From Octopus sinensis (lineage: Eukaryota), in assembly GCF_006345805.1 (NCBI RefSeq), contig NC_042997.1, positions 4,650,001 to 4,714,000 on the forward strand: DNA of 64,000 bases. Reading direction: 5' to 3'. The notes under the pieces were generated by a model. The model ran no database searches, was not told where the DNA came from, and saw only the letters and a list, made by a program, of their open reading frames with translations. A program made the translations under genes and the position numbers. Of the stretch, positions 54,713 to 64,000 are shown piece after piece (position 1 is the first letter of the stretch; each line of letters starts with the position of its first letter).

Positions 54713-54943
54713 AAGGCGGTGAGCTGGCAGAAACGTTAGCACGATGGATGAAATACTAAGCAGTATTTCGTCCTTTCCTACGTTCTGAGTTCAAATTCCG
54801 CCGAGGTCGACTCTGCCTTTTATCCTTTCGAGGTCGATAAATTAAGTACCAGTTACTCACTATGGTGAATGTGGTCGACTTAATCACTTTGTCTGTCCTT
54901 GTTTGTCACGTTTAGTCAATTGTGGACTAAAGAGAAATAAGAA
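54713..54943 (+). mobile_element. Third tRNA-derived SINE family (core resembles the MetaSINE-type domain), full length
   Basis: GGCGGTGAGCTGGCAGAA (A-box-like), GAGTTCAAATTCC (B-box-like), core GCCTTTTATCCTTTCGAGGTCGATAAATTAAGTACCAG, AAGAA tail. Confidence 0.85.
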
Positions 54944-55136
54944 GCGTAAGCCCGCCGGGCGAAATGCTTAGTGGTATTTCCTATGTCTTTATGTTCTGAG
55001 TTCAAATTCCGCCGAGGTCCACTTTACCTCTCATCCTTTCAGGTTCGATAAATTAAGTAACAGTTACGTACTGGGGTTGATCTAATCGACTGGCACTCTC
55101 CCTCAACATTTCGGTCCTTGTGCCTAGAGTAGAAAA
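54944..55136 (+). mobile_element. Second, 5'-truncated copy of the same SINE with a different 3' tail
   Basis: Shares GTTCTGAGTTCAAATTCCGCCGAGGTC...CATCCTTTC.GGT.CGATAAATTAAGTA.CAG but ends CGGTCCTTGTGCCTAGAGTAGAAAA. Confidence 0.85.
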
Positions 55137-55639
55137 TATATCTTGTCAATTCAGAAAGAACCCGTGTCTAAGCTAGATCCAAGTGTCATTTATTGAAATT
55201 TGAACATCTATACCTGTATGCATATATATATACATACATGCATATGTGCAGATCTATATGGTATTTTATGCATGTATTTTCATGCGTATTGTTGCATATC
55301 TAGACATGCTTATATATACATAAATGATAAACATCTGGAAAGTTTTACAGATTTTTACATTTCGAGTAATGGCTTGGATTTGTAGTCATCAAATCAGCCT
55401 TCTCATATCTGGTTTTGAGAAGCCTCTTTTCTCATGTGTGTTACACATCACAGTGCTCAAATAATTAAAGTTATGAACCTGAACTTGTACTCGGGATAGA
55501 GTAAATGCAGATTTCACTATAGTTCAACGTAGGTATTTTCTTTTTCGCTGATATTCTGCTTTACGTTAACATCTGCTGGGCAGCTGATTGCCACAACTCT
55601 ACAGTTTCTATTCTCTGGCTTAAACCATTATGTCATGTC

Positions 55640-56080
55640 TATTCTGGTTACATTTTATTGGGGTTTTCACGGGGATTTTTCACAAGTACTTCTTTTTCAT
55701 TATGAGTGGCAATGTGAGTTCTTATTTCTTTGTCCTCGGGGTTATACTTCTGATAGATATCATTATAATGTGTCCTACCTATAACATCATGTCTCATCGG
55801 TAGACTATAACGTGATAACGTTTTCGGACAACTGCTTATGATATGGATGATATCCATTTTGTGCATCAGGTTGATATTTATTGTTCCTGGGTTACAAAAG
55901 CATATCATTTAAATTGCGAGGTAGTATTCTAGTTGCTTTGAGAGCTTTTTGTGTGCAAACTTCGTCAAAGGATGCAGTTCCATACTTAGAGGTTAAGAAA
56001 GTATTATTTCACCCCTTTCACCGCACATTCTTCACTTCTGAAGTGACTATTCTGCACTTCATACAGTTCAGCCTATAATC
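55640..56080 (-). mobile_element. R4/Dong-like fragment (CCHC zinc-knuckle region)
   Basis: ICFC...DIIHIISSCPKTLSRYSLPMRHDVIG (C-x2-C...H-x4-C followed by RHD). Confidence 0.65.
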
Positions 56081-56319
56081 TATTTCTTGTGAAACGCGCA
56101 TATAAATGAACCCTATTTATCTTTAGGTTACTCCTCCTATAACATAACCACCGGCCTTCAGTATCTGTCCTGGCGCTTATTTCTCTTGCAAACTGACCGT
56201 CGACTTTTCCCTTTACATGCCATGTATATATTTATTTATCTATTTATTTATTTATGTATTTATCAATATTATAATAATAATAATAATAAATATTATTATC
56301 ATTATTATTATTATTATTA

Positions 56320-56373
<54 letters not shown>

Positions 56374-56392
56374 CATCATCATCATCATTATT

Positions 56393-56640
56393 GAGACCTG
56401 GTGATGTATTTTTTGGAGTACTGTAAGATTGACTAATTCACTCGTTTAAAAAGGGTTCTATACAATATTTTGTTGTTTAAATCGTTTTGCAAGTCAGCTA
56501 CCCCTCTGGAGGACTGACCTTTGTTAACTAAAGTCCCATTTTAGGGTTGATACAAAGCTTATCCTTTTCAAATGTCTTCGAAGATTTCCTTCCAAGAAAG
56601 TAAGCATTGGCAGTATACTGCATGAAGAAACGAAAGAACG
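56393..56640 (-). mobile_element. R4/Dong-like 3' end followed by (GAT)/(AAT)n (56268-56392)
   Basis: The 3' terminus ...CAGGTCTCA then repeats has the same GTCTCA end as 39161-39166; remnant of the ORF end upstream. Confidence 0.55.
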
Positions 56641-56654
56641 GAATAAAGTCGTGG

Positions 56655-56987
56655 AAGAAGAAGAAGAGGAAGACAAAGAAGAAGAAGAAGAAGAAGAAGA
56701 AGAAGAGAGGAAGAAAGAGGAGGAGGAGAAGAAGAAGTGGAAGAAGAAGAAGTGGAAGCAGAAGAAGAAGGAGTAGAAGAAGAAGAAGAAGAAGAAGAAG
56801 AAGAAGAAGAAGAAATAGAAGAAGAAGAAGAAGAAGAAGAAGAAGAAAGAGGAGGAGAAGAAGAAGAAGTGGAAGAAGAAGAAGTGGAAGAAGAAGAAGT
56901 GGAAGCAGAAGAAGAAGGAGTAGGGGAAGAAGAAGAAGAAGAAGAAGAAGAAGAAGAAGAAGAAGAAGAAGAAGAAGAAGAAGAATA
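56655..56987 (+). repeat. (GAA)n purine tract with GTGGAAGAAGAAGAA sub-periodicity
   Basis: Directly visible. Confidence 0.95.
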
Positions 56988-56989
56988 AG

Positions 56990-57177
56990 CTTACAATTCT
57001 ATATTTAAGAGATGAGGAATTATGTACATTATTTACATTATTTACATCCAACTGATATTTTTCCTAATCTTGTTTGTTGCTAACACAACGTTTCGGCTGA
57101 TATACCCTCCAGCCTTCTTCAGGTGTCTTGGGGAAATTTCGAACCTGGGTTCTCATTCCTAAGGTATTTTTCAATGT
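56990..57177 (-). mobile_element. Short hammerhead-bearing repeat (Penelope pseudo-LTR-like)
   Basis: Unit bounded by (AAT)n and (GAA)n; contains a minimal HHR; partial homologue at 34225-34290. Confidence 0.65.
57082..57127 (-). ncRNA. Minimal type I hammerhead ribozyme candidate (zero-loop ACGU stem III, extra A after A9)
   Basis: GACAC-CTGAAGA-a-GGCTG-gagggtatat-CAGCC-GAAA-CGT-T|GTGTT. Confidence 0.6.
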
Positions 57178-57204
57178 TATTATTATTATTATTATTGTTA
57201 TTTT

Positions 57205-57880
57205 TCAGGTCACTGCTTGGAATCTCTTTTTGCACATTGCAAGCTTTGATCCTTGATTGTTAGTTATCGTAGGAGACATTCAACATCCGAGCACTAATCC
57301 CAAAGTATTAACTATCCCAAAAGAGCAGTGTGCTGGGCTTGCTGTGCTCTCATGTCAATTTCGATTTCTTCGACATCCTTTTCGAACTTACTCGTTAGTG
57401 CTCCGAGTGCCCATATGATTACTAGAATGACATACACTCTCTTCATAGTCCACATTGTTGCATTTTCGTCTATCATTAGTCTGTAATTTTCAATCTTTTC
57501 TAGTTCTTTCTTACTTATGTACGTATTTCCAGGTATTGCTATATCTATGATCTCTATTTTCTTTTTTTTCATTTTCTCTACCACAACAATATCTAAACTC
57601 CGAATCTCGATTAGGGAGTCACTTTAGATTGCAAAATCTCACAGTATCTTATGATCCTCCTTCTCAGTGACTCCTTCTTGTTCATGTTCGTACAATTTCC
57701 GTGCTCTGTACCATCTGTATTTTTCGCATAACCTCAATTGGACGAACTTAACCGTGTTATCTTGTTTCTTTTGTACGGCTTTTGTGCCTTCCTGCTAAGT
57801 CACTCACAATATGTGAGATTGTTTCCGGTCACCTGCTACTCAACCTAGAAAGGGGCAATTCGCTATTCTCATCTATTTGG
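57205..57880 (-). mobile_element. R4/Dong-like RLE 3' portion ending in (AAT)n (57177-57203)
   Basis: IEIIDIAIPGNTYISKKELEKIENY...VILVIIWALGAL...QHTALLG. Confidence 0.8.
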
Positions 57881-57942
57881 AACTTGGTGTAATTAGTTCT
57901 CAGAGCTTGTTCCTGGGCGCTCTGATCTGATAAATATCATCG

Positions 57943-57994
<52 letters not shown>

Positions 57995-58097
57995 AATCAT
58001 CATCATCATTATCATCATCATCGTCATCATCAACCTCATCCTCATCATTATGATTATCATTATTATTATAATTATTATTATTGTTGTTGTTATTATT

Positions 58098-58580
58098 CCT
58101 TCGTAATACAGTGTAAGTAATAATGCACCGGAGTCTTTAGTCATCTGTCAAGTCACAACAAAGACCTCAGACAGACAATACTTTCCTTATGATGTCCGCT
58201 GTTCCATATAAGGCTACTTTTTGCTAGACCTCAATCTTTCATTGTATTTCCAGTTTCCTTTACATTTCATCTGCTTGTTTGTTATAATCACTTACCGAGA
58301 AAACCCCAGCCTCCCCAGGTGACTGAAGACTGAGAGATGTTATAGTGTGACTGAAAGCTTCGAGAGGAGAAGCGGCAGAGGCAGTAGCGAAATATCGATA
58401 TGTAATACAACACAAATATTTCAGTTGGTAGGGTTTTGCGCAGTATGTCAGCAACATTCTTTTGGGTTTCCCTGAGACATGGTTCTCTTGGGATATTATC
58501 TAGAGGTTTTGACATCCCTTTCTCATCATATCTAGAGCACCCACAATGACAGATACAGTTCCTGCTGTAAAATGCCACGT
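58098..58580 (-). mobile_element. R4/Dong-like 3' end followed by (AAT/GAT)n (57937-58097)
   Basis: KGMSKPLDNIPREPCLRETQKNVADILRKTL, then 3' UTR and AAT repeats. Confidence 0.65.
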
Positions 58581-58959
58581 ATTTTGTATTTCAGTTTTCA
58601 GGTACTTAATTTGTCAAATTCCTTTACAGATATATTTTTCCAATGGAAAACTTGCATTTATTAGTTTACAAATATTTTCTTCCGTCTTTAATGACTATAT
58701 GTGGTCGATTATCCTGAATCAATGAATCTGTGTTAAGTGGATAATCCTAGAGGATTGGGACATTTTTACTTTCAACGACTGGCCCAGGAAGATGATCATA
58801 CCAGTAAAGAGGAGTGTTGAATTTTTAGCGTTTACATATTTTCCAATGTAAATCCTGTTCTAGCCTATCATAGCGAACTAATATTGGCTTGTTTTCCTCC
58901 TCCTCCTCCTCATCATCATCATCATTAATATTATTGTTGCTGTTGCTGTTGTTATTATT

Positions 58960-59830
58960 CAGATAGTTGCTGCAAGTGTCATCAACTTACGAGCTGTTAA
59001 TATGCTGGGAAATAAGATGTGCTTTTTGGAAATCTTGGAGATTTCAAATGTATCTTTACAATTGCGAACTATCACTCTTTTTAGAATGTACCCTATTCTC
59101 ACTTCCTTGACTATTTTGTCCAAGCAATTTAAAATATTTTCTCACTCTACTCATGATAACTATTATTTTTTGCACAATTCGTATATGGCTCATTGTCCAT
59201 AGCACTTCCCTATCCTTTTTGAGAACTTCATATGTCGCTTCCGAAGTCTCTAATGTTAACAGGTCATGTGATCGTTTTCACAACTTTCGATTTTTCTCCT
59301 TTCTTAACAGCACAATTTCAGATTTTCGATGTTCGGTTCCATGTTCATATAAGACCCCGACGTTCCAAGGTCTTTTAACTCTCTACCACATCTTTTAGCT
59401 CAAGTTCAAACCATTTTCTCACCTCTTCTAATCGAAACTCATTGGATGATTTCTAATGATTCATTCTTGTGATATTGTGATGCCTTTTCTTGTATTTTTC
59501 TAAGTCGTTTTCCTACATTCGCTTAAAACACACCGTTCTAGCCTTCCATATTTCGCTCTCCTTCTCCTCCTCTATCTCTCTCTCACACACACACACATTT
59601 TCTCTCCCTTGCAGTCTACCTTTGTAAGATACTGAGGAATGGTCAATCTTGTGGTTGATGTAGTTTAGTTCATTCTGAACACTTTTTTCTACACAGCGAA
59701 TATTAAGACCTAAGTTTCCGACTGCAAGTAACATTTTGTAACCAATTCCAAGCATTACTTTAGTCTTCAATATAAGGTATCTATTTAGTGTCCATCGCAA
59801 AGAAGAATCGTGCATCTTTTTATCCCTCCA
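58960..59830 (-). mobile_element. R4/Dong-like 3' portion, heavily decayed, ending in AAT/CAA repeats
   Basis: Remnants resembling YKRRHDNIARMNHW, KWFE and KVVENDH; the 3' end runs into AATAATAACAAC. Confidence 0.55.
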
Positions 59831-61021
59831 GGTCTATTTTCCTATGGTTTTCCCTCAATTAGCATTTCAACTCAACTTCACAGCATTGCTTTGTGTAATG
59901 AAAATTGTTTACTTCCACCAGGTTCAACATCGTCGTCATCGTTATCATCACTACCACCACCCTCGTCGTCATCATGAACTTCACCGTCATCATCATCGTC
60001 ATTATTTCATTTTACTTGAGCTTTTATTGAGACAGGTGTGCACATTTATAAAATGCAAAAGAAAATACACTTGTATAATGAAGAAATACAAATGAATCAA
60101 CAAAATAAATTCGAAAACTAAAGCAAAAATAAATTGATAAAATATTATTTATTACAAAACTGTCCACATATTTACAAGAAAAAGAAGTAATTTAAACAAT
60201 AATTTGTTTTTTTTGAAGGGTGCCAGTTTTGTAATTTAAAATTAATTAACTTCAATACGGATTCGAAATATCTCTAGGCATTGGTTTTCTGTCTTTTCCG
60301 TCGTACCATATTTTCTAAAATGCTTCTAAACTTTCAATATAATACTACATGCCGCCAAAAACAATGAAATGCGGCGCAAATAAGGAATTTAAGAATATTT
60401 GTAATACTGTGTAATCAATTGATAAAGCCGTTATTTTCAGAATTTTTAACTTAATTAATCACCGTGCGGATAATTGTTTCACTGCGTTTGATATTTGAAA
60501 AGGTATCCATATCTTTATTATGCATAGCCCGAAATATTTTCATCTAAATGTCCCAGCGCTTTCCCTACGCTACTCTTTCATTAGATGAATCACGCTGAAC
60601 TAATAAATGTAACTTAGGGCATATAACAAAACCCTTCCACACAGAACTACACACTAACACACAGAAACACACGAGCACACTCAGACACACACTCAGACAG
60701 AAACACACGCATGCAAACACACATGCACACATATAACGGCATGAGAGCAATATGAAAAAGTTGATTGCACGAGATTCTTCTTTGATCACAACAGTCCTTC
60801 CGACTCAATTTGCACGGTTTGCCAAGAATTTCACCGTTAGCATGTGAGATTCTGGACAAGTGGTCGTATTGCATCCTTCGGCGGATCTGGAATTATTGAA
60901 GTAAATGCAGTGGTATTCACATCCATCATTGATGGCATCAGGTAGCCGCAGACAATGAACGTATTTTAATCGGCATAATAACAGGTGTATATCAAAGTGT
61001 GAAATAATTACTCACAGATAC

Positions 61022-61380
61022 AGGCGCCGGCTTCGGGTTCATTCCCACTGTATGGCATCATGTGTATCTTCTGCTATCGCCTCGGGCCGAATAAATCCTT
61101 GTGACTAGAATTGGTTGACAGAAACTGAAAGATGCCTGTCGTATATAGATATGTGTGTGCGTATGTGTGTGTGTGTCTGTGTCTATATTGTGTTCCCCCT
61201 ACCATCACTTGGCAAACAATGCTGGTGTGTTTATGTCACCGTAACATGGCGGTTCGGCAAAATTAATCGATACAATAAGTACTAGGCTTACAAAGAATAG
61301 GACATGGGTCCATTTGTTCGACTAAAGGCTGTACTCCAGTATGGCCGCATACAAATTACTCAAACAAGTAAATGAGTAAT
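61022..61380 (+). mobile_element. tRNA-derived SINE (family of 32618-33017), diverged, A-box lost
   Basis: CGGGTTCATTCCCACTG, GAAACTGAAAGATGCCTGTCG, TG tract, AATAAGTACTAGGCTTACAAAGAATA, CGACTAAAGGCTGTACTCCAGTATGGCCGC. Confidence 0.85.
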
Positions 61381-61712
61381 AGTTTAATGTGTGTGTGAGT
61401 GTGTATGTGTGTGTGTGTTTGTGTTTGTTTGTGTGTGTGTGTGTGTGTGACAAAAGACGTGTAGTTTGTCAAAGCAATAATTATATATGTGAAAGTGATA
61501 ATTTATGCGACAGTGGAAATTATTCACTTATTCAGGACCGTAATATTTCAACTCTTGCAATCAAAAATATGTCTTGCTCATTTTCGAAGTGATGTTTAAT
61601 GATAAAATAATGTAAGAGATACACAACTGTAACTGGACATACAGGTGAAACCTAAGATTGAGAAAAAGAAAATAAAGATTGTGTGTACAATGTAACTGCA
61701 CGATGTTCTTTG

Positions 61713-61750
<38 letters not shown>

Positions 61751-61751
<1 letters not shown>

Positions 61752-62148
61752 TAGCAGTATCGCCCGGCGTTGCTCGGGTGTGTAAGGGAAATAACTATAT
61801 AAGCATTTTTAGAGAGTTATAGCCAAAAAATAGGAAAAAAATGCATTAGAAATGGAAAAAAAAATTAAGGTAATTTTTTTTTAAATCGTTGACACATCGT
61901 AGATATTTTTAGAGAGTTACTTCCCTTATATAATAGCGAAAAAAATGCATTAAAATGGAAAAATATGATGGTAAATATTTTTAAAATCGTAGACTCATCG
62001 TAGACGCGCGCTAATACCCAGAAGGGCTGGATATGACTCACGATTATAAGATACCCGGATTTGGTTACACTGCACCGCAAAATGTGGGAGTAGTTAGGAA
62101 TCTAAATCGTAGGAGACAGACACACAACTTCACTCTTATATATAAAGA
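61751..62148 (-). mobile_element. Non-autonomous Helitron, copy 1
   Basis: Minus strand A|TCTTTATATAT...CCCGAGCAACGCCGGG (hairpin)...CTAG|T: 5'-TC, subterminal hairpin, 3'-CTAG, AT target, no TSD. Confidence 0.85.
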
Positions 62149-62260
62149 TATAAGTCACGTAGTTATATACACATACTCTGTTATATACACATTCTTAAAA
62201 GAAAATGTTATTTTGAACAAAACATTTATAAAGAATAAAATATTTTTTTGTTTTTCTTAA

Positions 62261-63962
62261 CCCATTCGTTACTATATTTCTGTTCAAAATACACCCCTTA
62301 TGTGTTTCAATTATTTTCTAACGTAATCATAAATTTAGTCTGGTTTCATTAAACTTTTTTATTTATCAATATATTAATGTGATTTTTGGAAGATAATTTA
62401 ATGAAATGTCCTCAACCAATTCTATACTATAATTTTTGTCACAAAGTGACTCTAATTGCAGGTAGATACAGGTAAATTCAACAATATATAAAATTATTAA
62501 AATTTTGTTCAAACATCGCTATAGAAAATGGGTTATTAGCTAATATTCAATTGGGTATACAACAAAATTTTACGATAGAATTTGTTATTCTGGGTAACTT
62601 TCTGATACCCATAATAATATTTATGGCAAAATAGGCCTTAATTTCATTTAAGGTTGTGGGAAACCACAAACTATCCTTTCTTTCGTTTTGTTTACGTTTA
62701 GTGTAACAGTTCGTTTCTGCCGTAATGATTTCAAATGGGCTCATTCGAAAAAGTAAAAAGAAATAGTTTAAGGCTTTACTCTTCTGGGAAAGTCTGTGGC
62801 TTGGTGCAGTTTCTTCAGAAAAATCACCGAAAGAAACAGTTTTTAAATTTTCACTCCATTCAGGTACCAATTCATTTTCTTAATCGCTGTCGGATTCACT
62901 GTTTTCACTTTAATAGCTGCAAACTTGCAAAGAGAAAGGAGGAGAAGGGTGATAGCGTCAGTGAAACAGTTTACTCCGTTTGTGTGTGTGTGCGTTTGCG
63001 TGTGGTGTAGCCCACGCTAAGAAAAACATTTGACATATACACCACAATGTGAGTTTTCTCTAAATTTTGCTTAATTGGGGTTGACATTTTAAAAACTGGA
63101 CGTGGCATGACCCGATGCATTCTACTCTTAAAAATGCTAGGTAAATTGTAATTGAAGAAATCCTATATTGTAGATTTCTATAAGATACAAAGGGAGGCAG
63201 ATAAAATCTGCCTTTTATAATAAGATATATATATATATATATACTAGCAGTATCGCCCGGCGTTGCTCGGGTTTGTAAGGGAAATAACTATATAAGCATT
63301 TTTAGAGAGTTATAGCCAAAAAATAGCAAAAAAATGCATTAAAAATTGAAAAAAAATTAAGGTAATTTTTTTTTAAATCGTTGACACATCGTAGATATTT
63401 TTAGAGAGTTACTTCCCTTATATAAAAGCGAAAAAATGCATCAAAATGGAAAAATATGATGGTAAATTTTTTTTATATCGTAGACTCATCGTAGACGCGC
63501 GCTAATACCCAGAAGGGCTCGATATGAATCATGACTATAAGATACCCGCTTTTGGTTAAACTGCACCGCAAAATGTGGGAGTAGTTAGGAATCTAAATCG
63601 TAGGAGACAGACACACAACTTCACTCTTATATAAAGATGCTTCTTTTTTCAGTCATAGAGTTAGATTTATGAAGGTCTTCAGTAGAAATTCCTTCGAATT
63701 CTGACTCGCTGCTTGATATAATGAAATTCGTATCCATTTTTTGTCAGAATTACAAATTTTGAAAACACAATAGGAACAAATTTCGGAAAAAAATCTCCCA
63801 TAATTCACGGAATTAAAATTACACTTCGATTTTTGTACAAAACTGTATTTGAAGTGTTTACGAAGTATAATACGGGTTTTCACAAATGTACTAAAGAGAA
63901 TTACTCTGATATTCTCATTTGAATATGAATAGGTAAATTCGGGCGGTTTGGTAACGAAAGGG
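62261..63962 (-). mobile_element. piggyBac-family non-autonomous element with transposase remnant
   Basis: TTAA (62257-62260) CCCATTCGTTAC ... GTAACGAAAGGG TTAA (63963-63966), TIRs match 11/12. ORF 62547-62870 FEIITAETNCY...WFPTTLNEIKAYFAINIIMGIRKLP resembles the PGBD N-terminal region. Confidence 0.88.
63244..63637 (-). mobile_element. Non-autonomous Helitron, copy 2, nested in the piggyBac element
   Basis: Highly similar to 61751-62148, with the same TC / hairpin / CTAG ends; inserted at the end of a (TA)n run. Confidence 0.88.
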
Positions 63963-64000
63963 TTAAACGGATGCATACATATATTAATAACTATATATAA

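Overview
AT-rich, microsatellite-saturated animal genomic DNA, most likely an octopus. That assignment is an inference from the SINE, LINE and mariner families and the (TA)n/(CA)n density. I found no host protein-coding gene I can support; most of the ORF track is translated microsatellite. The recognisable content is transposon debris: Penelope-like elements (RT and GIY-YIG), CR1/L2-type LINE pieces, an L1/Tx1 RT piece, several R4/Dong-like restriction-like-endonuclease (RLE) LINE pieces whose 3' ends run into (AAT)n, three Tc1/mariner relics, three tRNA-derived SINE families, and a TTAA-flanked piggyBac derivative carrying a nested Helitron. The most notable hidden signal is a set of type I hammerhead ribozyme (HHR) motifs from several apparently unrelated repeat families. 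Candidates with intact or near-intact cores lie at 10320-10370(-), 12900-12950(+), 21383-21449(+), 29307-29365(+) and 57082-57127(-); fossils lie at 6204-6257, 30794-30834 and 34225-34290. Two of them form a near-identical, outward-facing inverted pair. Also present are covarying 3' stem-loops shared by SINEs and a LINE, and a perfect 25-bp hairpin. All RNA folds were worked out by eye and need computational and biochemical confirmation. Element boundaries are approximate unless terminal motifs are quoted.
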